Positions 11,125 through 21,636 of a stretch of 64,000 bases of DNA are shown here, in pieces; the first letter of the stretch is position 1, and each line of letters starts with the position of its first letter. The stretch lies in contig OW569354.1 in the NCBI GenBank assembly GCA_937625935.1, positions 523,988-587,987 of the forward strand, read 5' to 3'. Source of the DNA: Tetramitus jugosus (Eukaryota > Protista > Heterolobosea). The translations under genes were made by a program, and so were the position numbers. A model generated the notes under the pieces. That model ran no database searches. It saw only the letters and a program-made list of their open reading frames with translations, and was not told the DNA's origin.

Positions 11125-14100
11125 ATGATAGGAGGAGAAGAACAAGTGAATGGCAATACTAATTCGAGCAAAATTGCACCCAACCTCTTTGGTCCAGTTC
11201 TCACCACCATCAAACAACACATTCACACTCTTGAACAACAACAACAACAACAACAACACGACGTAAATGCAACCACATCAACACAACCAGCATCCACTCT
11301 ATCGGTAGAAACATGTTGGAACTTTGTTCAACAATTGATTGACATTATTGACCAAAATCATGCTGCTGCAAAAAACGCATCACACACAACAACAAGTGGA
11401 CAAGAAGAGGAAGAACTCATCTCAACACAGACACTATCCGATTACAAGACTGGACTGGAGTTGATTGTTGTGTGGGGTATCGTTCCTAGACTATGCAAGG
11501 GTATTGGAATTGATATGAAGAAGCGAATTGATATGGATACGAAAGCTTTTGTTCAACATTTGCAGTATCATGACACGAACATTGCAGAACATGAAAAGTT
11601 GTCGTTTGAAAATTGTAGCCGAGTATTGAGTTGTGTGCACGCTCTTCTCACAATTTCTCGAAATGATTTATTGTTGCAACAAATTGTTTATGACTATTAC
11701 TTTGCGGATGTGATTGCTTCGTATATTCAACTCATTTATATGAAGAAACCGAAAAATGTTGAACAAGCGGTGGTCGAGTGTGTCGATGTGACAAAATTGA
11801 ATGAATTTTCTTCGCCGGCTCATTTGTTTCAATTTTCATCATCGTCGTCGGCAGCTTCACACAAGACAATCATCAAGAGATATGGATTCAGCGAGAGAGA
11901 GACTGAGAGATGCGCCAATGAATTCAATCATTTGATGAAGAGTACTCCTGAAACAGTGATTGCCAATAGCTTATTGTTGTTGGTGTCTGAGAGTGGTTCG
12001 TCGAGTGCCAAATGGTTCACTCACATGTGCAGTTCCTTCCTATCCATATTATTAACAAGACCGAAAGGAGTGTTTGCTGTGACTCATTCGCTGTTAGAAG
12101 ACATTCCAGAGTCTCACTTGCAAAAGTATGAGCGTGTGGTGCAGTTGGTACTCAAGAAGCCTCAACAATGTGCAACGTTAGACATGTACTATGGTTATAT
12201 TTGTCCACAAATCTTGAGAATGCTGCGGTTGAGAGGTCAAAAATTTGCTCACATTAGTAGAGCAGCTCAGCTCTATGCTGGTACAATTGTGCAACAACAG
12301 CCTGATCTAGCTCAAAAATATATTTTAGGACCCATAATTAAGCCATTGAATGATTTCATCAAATTTGGATCCATTGTGCCCGAGAATCATGAGAAGAGCA
12401 ATGAATTACGTGATGATGAAAGCACAATTGATGAAGAAGAAGAAGAAAGAGATGTACTCATTAGTGAAACAGAGCTGGGTCAATGCATTGAGGATCTTCA
12501 TCACCTGTTACATGGAAACGCACCTACTCCTACTTTATTTGATTGCATTACAATGGTTGTTCCAGCGATATTTCAATTGTACTGTTTTGTGAGTCGTACA
12601 AAGCTCAATTTGAAGACTGCGTGCGAGGAAATCATATCTAGCTATTTTAAAATTAGTGACAGAGCTCTGGATGTCATCAAGTCTCTTTTGATCTTTGAAC
12701 GAAACAAGTTCGCCACTTATTGCATTTTTGCTGGTGGCAGTACAGGAGGCGTGTGTATCAAGCGAGTGAAACAAACGAGCAGAGATTACATGTGGGAAGC
12801 GCGGTGCATGATCCAACTATTGAAACTGATGAAAAACGACTCTGTTGCAGGTGATTTGTTTGTGCATTTAATGACACAATTCACATTGCTTGAGCAGAGA
12901 ACTGAAGAAGTCAATCATAATCTGACGCAGGCGCTCGGTCCTATGAATGAATCCTACATGCCGGAGGAGAATGTCATCATCTTACAAATGCTACAGCTCA
13001 TTATGGAAGAGCTAGGCCCATCCATTATGAAAAACACGCTGCAGACTATAGCGTTTATCAAATTTTTGCTGTTGAAACATGAGAGCAATCACTCGGAGAA
13101 CGATTTCGAAATGATCACGATGGGATTGGGAATATTATCAACAATCATCTGTGGGGCTATTCCTGTTCGAACTGCCGAAGAGGAGCATGCTCTCAACGAC
13201 GTTCAACCAATTCTGCGGAGGTTAGTAGATAGTCATCCAAACGAACAAGTCTCAGAGATGTCAGCAACGGCCAACTTGGGAATAGAGACAAAACAATATC
13301 GAGAACATTTTGATGGAGCAACGGCTGAAGTCTCCGAGGAAGAAAAAACTGAAATCCGGTTAAGAACGATACTTAATGACCTGAAGGATCCACTGCTACC
13401 AGTACGTGCGCACGGAGTCATGTCACTTCGGTCTCTCGTGCTTGAAAAGGGTAATCCTACAGTTAGAAAGCATATGAAGAATATATTGCGAATATTTCAA
13501 ACGCAGTTGAAGGATAGTGACTCGTACGTGTATATCGGAGCAATACGAGGTCTATCTGCCATGGCAGACATGTTTCCAGATGAGATTATACCTATAATCA
13601 CTGAATCGTTTGAAGACAAGAATATGCCATGCACTGAACGAGTGAAACTCGGAGAAGCCATGGTTGAGATCATTGAGCGTTGTGGAGAGCTGTTGCCTAA
13701 ATATGCACAGCAATTTATTTTCTCACTTTTAAAATGTTGCCGAGAAATGCCTTCACAGAAATCCAAGAGAAAGGTAGAAACTCTGAGCAAGAGTGATTCT
13801 GATGGAAGTGAAATTATTCCCTCCGTTAATGATGATAGTTCTATTATTCGAGCTAGTTCATTGTCCAATCTATCTGATGTAGTCGATGTCCTGAAGTATG
13901 GAATGCATCCCTATGTGAGTGACATTCTCACCAATGCGGCCACTTTACTCGAAACAGATACGAGCTATCATGTTCGCAGAGCTGCGGTTCACATATTCTC
14001 ACGATTGGTGAACTCTCTGGATGTTGGCTTGTTCAACCTCTTTTTTACTACCGAAGAGTTGAACAAGGTTCATTTTGGAATGTACGAGGGTACTAATCCT

Positions 14101-14268
14101 GTGACTGAAGTCATCCGTGTATTGAAATATGCTGAAACTTATGACACGGATAACCTGATTCGTGTGAATGCCAAGACGGTTCTTGTGGAAATAGAGGATA
14201 TTATTTATGAGATACTACGCCCAAAGGAAACCCTTGAGGGAGCTCACAACCTTGTTAAGTTTAGATAA
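11125..14268 (+). CDS. TANGO6: TANGO6/Rtp1-family HEAT/ARM-repeat protein
   Basis: C-terminal RTP1-type motifs LNDLKDPLLPVRAHG, DSDSYVYIGAIRGL, RVKLGEA and RASSLSNL; first ATG at 11125. Confidence 0.85.
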   Translation: MIGGEEQVNGNTNSSKIAPNLFGPVLTTIKQHIHTLEQQQQQQQHDVNATTSTQPASTLSVETCWNFVQQLIDIIDQNHAAAKNASHTTTSGQEEEELISTQTLSDYKTGLELIVVWGIVPRLCKGIGIDMKKRIDMDTKAFVQHLQYHDTNIAEHEKLSFENCSRVLSCVHALLTISRNDLLLQQIVYDYYFADVIASYIQLIYMKKPKNVEQAVVECVDVTKLNEFSSPAHLFQFSSSSSAASHKTIIKRYGFSERETERCANEFNHLMKSTPETVIANSLLLLVSESGSSSAKWFTHMCSSFLSILLTRPKGVFAVTHSLLEDIPESHLQKYERVVQLVLKKPQQCATLDMYYGYICPQILRMLRLRGQKFAHISRAAQLYAGTIVQQQPDLAQKYILGPIIKPLNDFIKFGSIVPENHEKSNELRDDESTIDEEEEERDVLISETELGQCIEDLHHLLHGNAPTPTLFDCITMVVPAIFQLYCFVSRTKLNLKTACEEIISSYFKISDRALDVIKSLLIFERNKFATYCIFAGGSTGGVCIKRVKQTSRDYMWEARCMIQLLKLMKNDSVAGDLFVHLMTQFTLLEQRTEEVNHNLTQALGPMNESYMPEENVIILQMLQLIMEELGPSIMKNTLQTIAFIKFLLLKHESNHSENDFEMITMGLGILSTIICGAIPVRTAEEEHALNDVQPILRRLVDSHPNEQVSEMSATANLGIETKQYREHFDGATAEVSEEEKTEIRLRTILNDLKDPLLPVRAHGVMSLRSLVLEKGNPTVRKHMKNILRIFQTQLKDSDSYVYIGAIRGLSAMADMFPDEIIPIITESFEDKNMPCTERVKLGEAMVEIIERCGELLPKYAQQFIFSLLKCCREMPSQKSKRKVETLSKSDSDGSEIIPSVNDDSSIIRASSLSNLSDVVDVLKYGMHPYVSDILTNAATLLETDTSYHVRRAAVHIFSRLVNSLDVGLFNLFFTTEELNKVHFGMYEGTNPVTEVIRVLKYAETYDTDNLIRVNAKTVLVEIEDIIYEILRPKETLEGAHNLVKFR

Positions 14269-14350
14269 AAATTCAGACCACACAAACTTACCAATACCTG
14301 ACCTATTTAATATCTAATACACAGCTGCAAAACCAACTGACAAAACATCG

Positions 14351-14423
14351 TGGAGGCGCCGGGAATCGAACCCAGGACCTCTTCCATGCTAAGGAAGCGC
14401 TCTACCAACTGAGCCACGCCCCC
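14351..14423 (-). tRNA. tRNA-Ala (AGC)
   Basis: GGGGGCGTGGCTCAGTTGGTAGAGCGCTTCCTTAGCATGGAAGAGGTCCTGGGTTCGATTCCCGGCGCCTCCA; cloverleaf, G3:U70 alanine identity pair, downstream TTTT. Confidence 0.97.
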
Positions 14424-14583
14424 TCCACACGTCTTGTTTGTCAGAAATATCAGTTTACTGTAATTCGGCCACCGGAGTAAATAAATTACAAAATCAATTT
14501 TCGCGACATTTTATTTTTCCACACAAACAACAAAAACGCAATTGCACTTTCTTCACGCGACAAGCTATCCACCAAATCAAAAA

Positions 14584-15994
14584 ATGATTGCCAACAAACT
14601 TGTCAAGAGCAGTGCACAATCGTCACTGCGCAGCATGATCATCAACAACAACACTTGTGTACATACGCTGAATCGCATGATATTACCCTCATCCAACACT
14701 CTCTCACAACAACAAACAAGAAATTATGCACCAAAACAACGAAGAATTAATTTGACAATGCAAAATCCGTTCGACATGTTGGAAGACTACAAGAAAAAGA
14801 TGGCTACTATTGAGAGATTGGATGAGAACACACCAATTGGCAAAGTGATATACACTGATGATGTCCTGTTGCAGCGTAACATTGAAATTTATGAAAAGTT
14901 GAAAGCGAGTGGTGAAATACCTGGTATGTCGTGTTTGGTCAGACAAGATGCATTTTTGCACAACAACAACAACAAAAAAAATTTTCATTTTTTTCACATG
15001 GGATAAAACTCACACAACATTTTTTTTTTGCGTTATAGAGGAGGAACTGTTGGCAGAGGAGCCTCAAGTCCAGGAATATGTCGATTTTTTGAAAAAGACT
15101 GAACCAGGCCCAGGTGAGTACACTCACAGTAGCAAGCGAAGTGGTGTCATTGCAGTCAAGTGTGGCATGATCCCATTCTGGGACAAGTACATGAACAGAG
15201 TGTCTCTTACTGCTCTATGGGTGCCTGACTGTCAAGTCGTTCAAGCAAAAACCAATGAAAAGGAAGGTTACACTGCATTGCAATTGGGCGCAGGAAGCAG
15301 ATCTGTCAAACAAATCACAAAACCAATGTATGGACACTTTCAAGGTGCAGGTGTCGAGCCAAAGCAAGTACTCACTGAAGTCAAGGTGACTACGGATGCC
15401 ATGTTGCCTGTTGGTTTCCGATTCGATGTCAGACATTTCCGCTTGGGTCAATTTGTGGATGTCACTGGTCGTACAAAAGGTAAGGGATTCCAGGGTCCAA
15501 TGAAGAGATGGGGCTTTGCTGGTCAACCTGCCACTCATGGTGTCTCTGTGGTCCACAGATCTCACGGTTCAACGGGTAACAAGATTGGTAAGGTGTTCCC
15601 TGGTAAGAAGATGGCTGGTCACATGGGTTGCCAACAAAAGACTGTGTTGAACCTCTATGTTCACATGATGGACATTAAGAGAAATTTGATTTATGTGAGT
15701 GGAGCTGTGCCTGGATCAGAGGGAAGCTACGTTCTCCTTCAAGATGCAAGAAGAAAGAAGCCAAGTCTCACTAATCCACCACCATTCCCAAGTTACACCC
15801 CTGTTGAGGGAGAAGATGTTGCTTCATTGAGCGATTCAGAGGCCATTTTGGTTGCTGACGGTCAGAAGCCATTCGATTGGTCCGATTCAACCATGTCCTA
15901 TGAACAAATCCAAGCCATGTTGGACGGTGAAGAAGTGAAGGTTGATAAGAAGCAAGACATCAAGACTTCCAACAAGGGTGGTGGTAGGAAGTAA
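14584..15994 (+). CDS. MRPL3: Mitochondrial ribosomal protein uL3m (exons 14584-14923, 15039-15994)
   Basis: N-terminal presequence-like region; GTATGT...TAG intron 14924-15038; L3 motifs GQFVDVTGRTKGKGFQGPMKRWGF, HGVSVVHRSHGS and GKKMAGHMG. Confidence 0.92.
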
Positions 15995-16009
15995 TAAACA
16001 CCAAAGATT

Positions 16010-17572
16010 TTATGTTTGAATTTCCAGATTGACTGCACTATCGCTCGACAAGTTCAGTGATCCTTGTTGTGTCGTTGCTGTTCCATTGTAGAAACCTCGC
16101 ACAATTTTCGGTTCATCCACTGTCCGGACGACACGGTCTTGCAACGAAGAAGACACCACCAAGGTGGCAGATGATTTAGACTCTAGAGTGAATTGGCCAG
16201 ACCAATCGTCATCGTCCAACACCATGGAGATGGATCCGGAGCGAGAAGTCGATCGTATCGTTTGTGCGTTTCTGATCTGTTTATGCACCTGTTGTCCATA
16301 AACAGTCTCTGAAATCAATTCACCTGAGCGAATCAAATTGACATCCTTGCCCGATACACTTGCACTTGATGAAGCTCGAATGACTAACCGAGGAGTTGAT
16401 ACGTGCTGATACTCTATCAATCCACTACCACTCTTTTCTCCACTGGTCAGAATCATCTCCTTCTCGCTCATTGAATTCTTGACTTTGATGCCTCTAGACG
16501 ATGTCAAATAGGTACCGTGCACCGTTGTTACAGAATCAACATCAACCAATCGATCACCAATCGCATTCAACACATTGAACCTCATATTGCCATTCTTGCT
16601 GTTGAATTTGATGGATCCAGAGGTTGTTTCAACCGTAATCGACACATCATTTGGCACTGAAATCAACATGCGAGAAGAGTAGCAATCCTCCTTGTTTTTC
16701 TGATCAATGGTTGTTTCAATCGTGTAAACCATTGGTTCATGAGATTGCAGTGCAGCAGCAATTACATTATCGCTATTGGATGTCCATGCACTGCGAATGT
16801 TTTTGAATCCAGTTGTTGATTTTGATTTTCGCGTTTCAGTAATCAACACATGATCACTTTGCATATTATTTCTCACAAATTCATATTCACCAAATCCATG
16901 AAATTTCAATGTCACTGTATTCTGTTGTTGTTGCAGTTGTTGTTGCAATGGAATTTGCATGGATACAGTATCACCAAACTTGAAATCACTAGACTTTGTG
17001 CAGTGAGTCAATTTTTGATAACCACTCGCCACAATTTTAATGACCACAATCGGAACAACCAAACAACAACAACAGCACAATAGACACAACACGGTCAATA
17101 TGATACCCGTATTCAAAAAACATGCATTGTCACCTGATTTTTTCAATGGTGGTGCTGTCGATTGATTATATTGTTGTTGTTGTTGTTGTTGCAACACAAA
17201 TGGAGCTCTTCTATTCTCATGATTCATAGTGTGGTTGTGATCATCAATGAGTGAAACGACTTGTTCTGCATGATGACTATTGTAGTTGTGTGCAGCAGCA
17301 TCATCATCATCATCATCATCATCATTGTAATCGTATGTTTCCATCATGATTGGAGTGGAAGATGGATTGTATTGATGATGATGAACAGATGATGATAATG
17401 ATGATGGTAATGTTGTTGTTGTTGTTGTTATTGGATCATAGTGGTGAGAGTGAATGATGGGATAGGCTGTGTGACGGTTGATTGAGAGTACATTGGAACT
17501 AGTGGAGGGTGTGGGAGAAGAGGGAAAAGGACTTTCATACACGGGATCTTGTTCTTCTGCAATGTGATTCAT
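16010..17572 (-). CDS. Type II membrane protein with Cys-rich TM and beta-strand-repeat (DUF4097/adhesin-like) ectodomain
   Basis: Low-complexity N-terminus, TM segment LCLLCCCCCLVVPIVVI, then repeated T.SGSI-type strands. Confidence 0.6.
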   Translation of the reverse strand: MNHIAEEQDPVYESPFPSSPTPSTSSNVLSINRHTAYPIIHSHHYDPITTTTTTLPSSLSSSVHHHQYNPSSTPIMMETYDYNDDDDDDDDAAAHNYNSHHAEQVVSLIDDHNHTMNHENRRAPFVLQQQQQQQYNQSTAPPLKKSGDNACFLNTGIILTVLCLLCCCCCLVVPIVVIKIVASGYQKLTHCTKSSDFKFGDTVSMQIPLQQQLQQQQNTVTLKFHGFGEYEFVRNNMQSDHVLITETRKSKSTTGFKNIRSAWTSNSDNVIAAALQSHEPMVYTIETTIDQKNKEDCYSSRMLISVPNDVSITVETTSGSIKFNSKNGNMRFNVLNAIGDRLVDVDSVTTVHGTYLTSSRGIKVKNSMSEKEMILTSGEKSGSGLIEYQHVSTPRLVIRASSSASVSGKDVNLIRSGELISETVYGQQVHKQIRNAQTIRSTSRSGSISMVLDDDDWSGQFTLESKSSATLVVSSSLQDRVVRTVDEPKIVRGFYNGTATTQQGSLNLSSDSAVNLEIQT

Positions 17573-17986
17573 TGTAGTAGCTCAATGATGTTGTCTGGTC
17601 AGGTTTTTTTTGTGTTGAAAAGTTTGTCCTAGGAGTTTTTGATGATCGCTTCCAACACTGGATTTGAAGGCGGAATAATCGCGTTGTCTTAATCCAGAAA
17701 AAATCTAATCACAGCAGATGAGTGATTGAATTATATCTAGATTTCAAGACAATTTAAACCTTTTGAGTGATCAAAAGAAAAAACTGTTTCGGCAACAGAT
17801 TCACGATACTTCAGTTATCACAAGGTTTTGGATCTTTTTTTGCCACCACAACGTTGTGTTTGGGTTGAATTTTTTTTCAAAGAACATTCATCCAAGGATT
17901 ATTTGTGGCTCAGAGGAGAGCTTAGATATATTAAAAGTTATTTGGGTATGATACAACAATAAAACACATTGGACAACAAAATGAAG

Positions 17987-18337
17987 CTACTCAATTGAAG
18001 GGTGAATATTCTCCAATGCAATGGCATTTTGTTTCGCATCGTCAATGATTTTTGGATCAAATTCATACATCACACTCATTCTTTCCAATGCACCCACTGT
18101 GAAAAACCTCAAATTCTTCAATGGGAATAACTCTCTGATTTCATCTTGCATCTTGTCCCAACGTCTACTATTCATCCCTTTGCTCAATGTTATCAAGAAA
18201 TGACTATCTGCTGTTATGAAAAATTGGTGACCAACAATTGGCCCAAACAATTGGCACCCACATGGAGGAATATTGTATCGATTCATAATTTCAAGGATTT
18301 GATCTTTGTGTTTTATGAGCTCATCCAGCGTTAGCAT
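17987..18337 (-). CDS. Minimal nucleotidyltransferase (MNT)-like protein, degenerate active site
   Basis: 116 aa collinear with bacterial MNT antitoxins (TLDELIKHKDQILEIMNRY...LFG...D..FLI...QDEIRELF...FFT..AL...IIDDA..NAIAL); GS is GP and DxD is DSH. Confidence 0.55.
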   Translation of the reverse strand: MLTLDELIKHKDQILEIMNRYNIPPCGCQLFGPIVGHQFFITADSHFLITLSKGMNSRRWDKMQDEIRELFPLKNLRFFTVGALERMSVMYEFDPKIIDDAKQNAIALENIHPSIE

Positions 18338-18552
18338 TGTTTCACTGACCAATAAAATGGTGAATTGAAGTTATTTGTTCGTTGCGCTGTTGCCCAAAAA
18401 AATTGATTGTTGGAGAGCAAATGTGAAAACAATAAAACATGTCATTCGATTTGATCTCACAAAGTTTTGTTTGGCATGTATTCACCATGAAATCAACCAA
18501 CAAGTTGCTCAGATACTCGTTACATCCAACATGCTTGCAATTTTATTGGCTC

Positions 18553-18936
18553 TCAACAGGTCAACACACACAAACCTGGTTGCAAATGTTCATTCACATG
18601 AATTGATTGCTGATTGCATCTTTCCACTTGAATACAATCAATTAACAAAGATATTTGTTGAGGTGTTTGTTTGATCCTGTCCAGATGTTGGCCTCCTCTG
18701 CTCTTGATTGATTTTATGGATTGGAACCACACACTGAAATTTCTAAGTTGTTTAATGCAATCGTCTTTTCCTTCAACAATAAATACTGTATCATTCAAAA
18801 TTGCATGCAGCACCAGCATAATACTTTCAATCGAGCTCACGTCTGATGAGTATGCCTTCTTCACTTTTTCATACATTCTTGTTAGAATACCGAGCAATTT
18901 TTCTATTGTTATTGTAGTATTATTTCGAGTAGACAT
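18553..18936 (-). CDS. Hypothetical protein or gene remnant
   Basis: 127-aa ORF with ATG start, no recognised motif. Confidence 0.25.
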   Translation of the reverse strand: MSTRNNTTITIEKLLGILTRMYEKVKKAYSSDVSSIESIMLVLHAILNDTVFIVEGKDDCIKQLRNFSVWFQSIKSIKSRGGQHLDRIKQTPQQISLLIDCIQVERCNQQSIHVNEHLQPGLCVLTC

Positions 18937-19137
18937 AATAACTCTTTATCACATTCGAAGAATATGGGAATGAAGAAAAAGTGTAAGATGTTTAAGAATT
19001 GGAGCTCGATAGATTAGAATAACCTAAAATTTGAATGAATCCGAAGTTCATCAGACACTGGATCTTCAATACTTGCTGTCATTAGTGAGCAAACATGAGA
19101 AGAGTAACCTCAATGGGAGAAACTTCAATAATACTGA

Positions 19138-19330
19138 GGGAGCGTCCAGATATTATTTCTTACGCCCCCCTAGGGAGGGGGTATGAGAAATTTATTCAAA
19201 TAGTTATTCATATCCCAATCCTAGTAGGAGAATTAATGTAACGTTCGAATTTACAGGAAAATGTGTTATTCAAATTTATTCAAAACAGGCAGGGAGGGGT
19301 CAGATGTGAACATAATATCTGGACGCTCCC
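19138..19330. mobile_element. MITE, PIF/Harbinger (Tourist-like), copy 1
   Basis: Perfect 19-bp TIRs GGGAGCGTCCAGATATTAT / ATAATATCTGGACGCTCCC, 3-bp TSD TGA (19135-19137, 19331-19333), 193 bp, non-coding; second copy at 25740. Confidence 0.9.
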
Positions 19331-21498
19331 TGAGAAAGAGTGTTTAACATACAAAGTCATATATCAAAGTGGTCACCTTTTTCATCAACAATAAATAGTT
19401 TCATAGAATGCGATTGTAAATTTGAATATTATCGATTGACCAATGAAAAATGGATACAAACACTTTAATCCATATAACATTAACAAAATAATCTAATAAA
19501 ATATCACCAAAACCCCTGGACAAACAAGATGAATTGCCAGGAAAGGGATGTAGACCATTATCTTCATCATCACCTATAGATATATAATTGGACCCAATTG
19601 CGAAGTCAGTAGTTTAATTTACGAATTAAAAAAGGAAATGTTAAGAAATGTTTCGTTGTTGTGGAAGCAGTTCGGAGGGGAAGCGTTTCATTGCTTGACC
19701 AGCATCCTTCCCAATCTGTTCACCTTGAGTATCCATCCATCAGTCCAATCAGTGAACTCAGAGGAATATTTGAAATAGGGTGAATACATGTGTTCACTAC
19801 TCATGCCACTTGGAAGATTGAACATCGATCAATGGATTACTGTCTTCAACCAACAATTTTAAAGTTGTAAGGATGAAAGAATAGCACATATCGAGGCAGA
19901 TTCAACCCTCACTTCATGTTCATTCCCAGGAAGCCTCATCACTTTTTTAAAGGAATTAGGAGTGAAAACTGAGTTGACAAATTTTTTCACTCCAAATCCG
20001 GTGATGGCAAAAATGATTTAATCTTTCCTCATCTCGTGTCTTTCGTACTGCAACAAACAACAATAATAATAATGTCGAAAAATAAAATAAAAACAAGAGA
20101 GCTTCAACAACCCAATCATCTCAAGATTCAAAGAAGAAGAGAGGTCCTAATCATACAAATTTGGAATCAAAGAAATTTGGAACTTGATCTTCCAGAAAGA
20201 GAGGCCTCAGATTACAAGAAAAAGATTTCCGATTCATTTTCTTTGTGGAGACGCGAATTATCGATTGGTCTTGATGATCTCGAATGTGGTGATGATGTTG
20301 TATTGATGATTAACAATAAGGCCGTTGGTATTGCCTCTCTTAACTGGTTTGGTGTTGACTCCAACAGTATTACAAGTTTTGCAGTCATATTAACCAACTT
20401 GTTACTGGAATGTCTCTTGGTAATCCTGGAACCAAAAGGAGATGGCAGAGCTTGATATATCAAGAGGTTCTAAGGTCTGTCCAAGATGCTATCATCGAGA
20501 TCAAAGGAGGTGTTAGCGAAAACGAAAAGATGGTGTTTGTTTCCCTTCCCCTGAAATGTATTCGTAGAAGGTGATCCTGTCCTAAAATCGAATTTTGAAT
20601 GATTTGGAACGATTTACAACAAAAAACAACAAACAGAAAGAAAATCGCAACGCAACCTGATTATGATAGGGAAATATCTTCAATGGACAACGTAATACGT
20701 TAATTATTCCATACGATGCCATGTCATGAACAAGTTTATTATGAGATAGACGACTTGTTTTCACTCGTAGCTTATAAGAATAAATTATAAGCAAATAGGT
20801 TTTCAATGACTGTTTTTAACGGATTTCTACCTTTTATTGAAAGCAATATCATCTGGATACAATTCTCTTTGGTATACATATACGGCAATACTACTTTCTT
20901 CCAGTAATAACCTTTGAATCCTTTATCTAGGGTATTATACTCATCAGAATCAAGATTCTCCCAAACGAAATTCTCTGGAAGTGCAACCAAGGGAGAGTCC
21001 GTCTTACTTCCAATATACGTATCTGGTAAAGAATGTATAACCATTAGCACGAACACAAGTTTGGTAAATGTATAGTCACACTTCTTTCCAGAAGACAAAC
21101 TCTTTTCAATTAACTTCACAATCTCTTACTAACAGGTTGTTCAACCCCTACTTTTATATGAATTTGTTTTTAATTAACTCCCAGACTCTTTAATACTCCG
21201 GGGAGGTAAACAGACGACATTCTGCATATTCATCATACTTTCGTCTCTTACTGCTGGGGTGTGGTTTGAACCCGGGCCTTTTCGTTCATTATTGATTGTT
21301 TCATTTTGTTTGTTCTTTGAATTCATGAACTTCTGAACAGCATTACCATCACTGAATGAAGCTATTATCTCACATATATCCTTCCTATATAGATTGCAAC
21401 GAGCTCCTTCAACTTGGATATAACAAACTTTGCTGGGAGTGTAGCGTTAACCTCATTCTGATGAAATTCACACCGCGGAGGATCCAAGAAACAAAAGT

Positions 21499-21580
21499 CG
21501 CCCACTGTAGGATTCGAACCTACGCGGGATGAACCCAACGCATTAGCAGTGCGCCGCCTTAACCACTCGGCCAAATGAGC
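21499..21580 (-). tRNA. tRNA-Ser (GCT)
   Basis: GCTCATTTGGCCGAGTGGTTAAGGCGGCGCACTGCTAATGCGTTGGGTTCATCCCGCGTAGGTTCGAATCCTACAGTGGGCG; 82 nt with long variable arm, G73, downstream TTTT. Confidence 0.96.
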
Positions 21581-21636
21581 TTGATATTTCGTTACATGGT
21601 AGATATACCAAAACTGCTATTTTGAACTGAGGTTGC

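Noticed and set aside
14424-14520. Retroposon insertion upstream of tRNA-Ala (and likewise upstream of tRNA-Phe at 27532-27680)
   Set aside because: No poly(A) tail, TSD or similarity to the tRNA-Ser elements; these sites appear empty.
18553-18936. HEPN toxin partner for the adjacent MNT-like gene
   Set aside because: No convincing Rx4-6H motif in a HEPN-like helical context; trial splicing did not give a sensible extension.
21263-21272. Isolated B-box-like GGTTCAAACC on the minus strand, possible tRNA remnant or SINE
   Set aside because: No A box or cloverleaf could be built around it.
21365-21574. ORF overlapping tRNA-Ser (also 27204..27491 running into tRNA-Phe)
   Set aside because: Translations of tRNA sequence or alternate frames; not protein-like.
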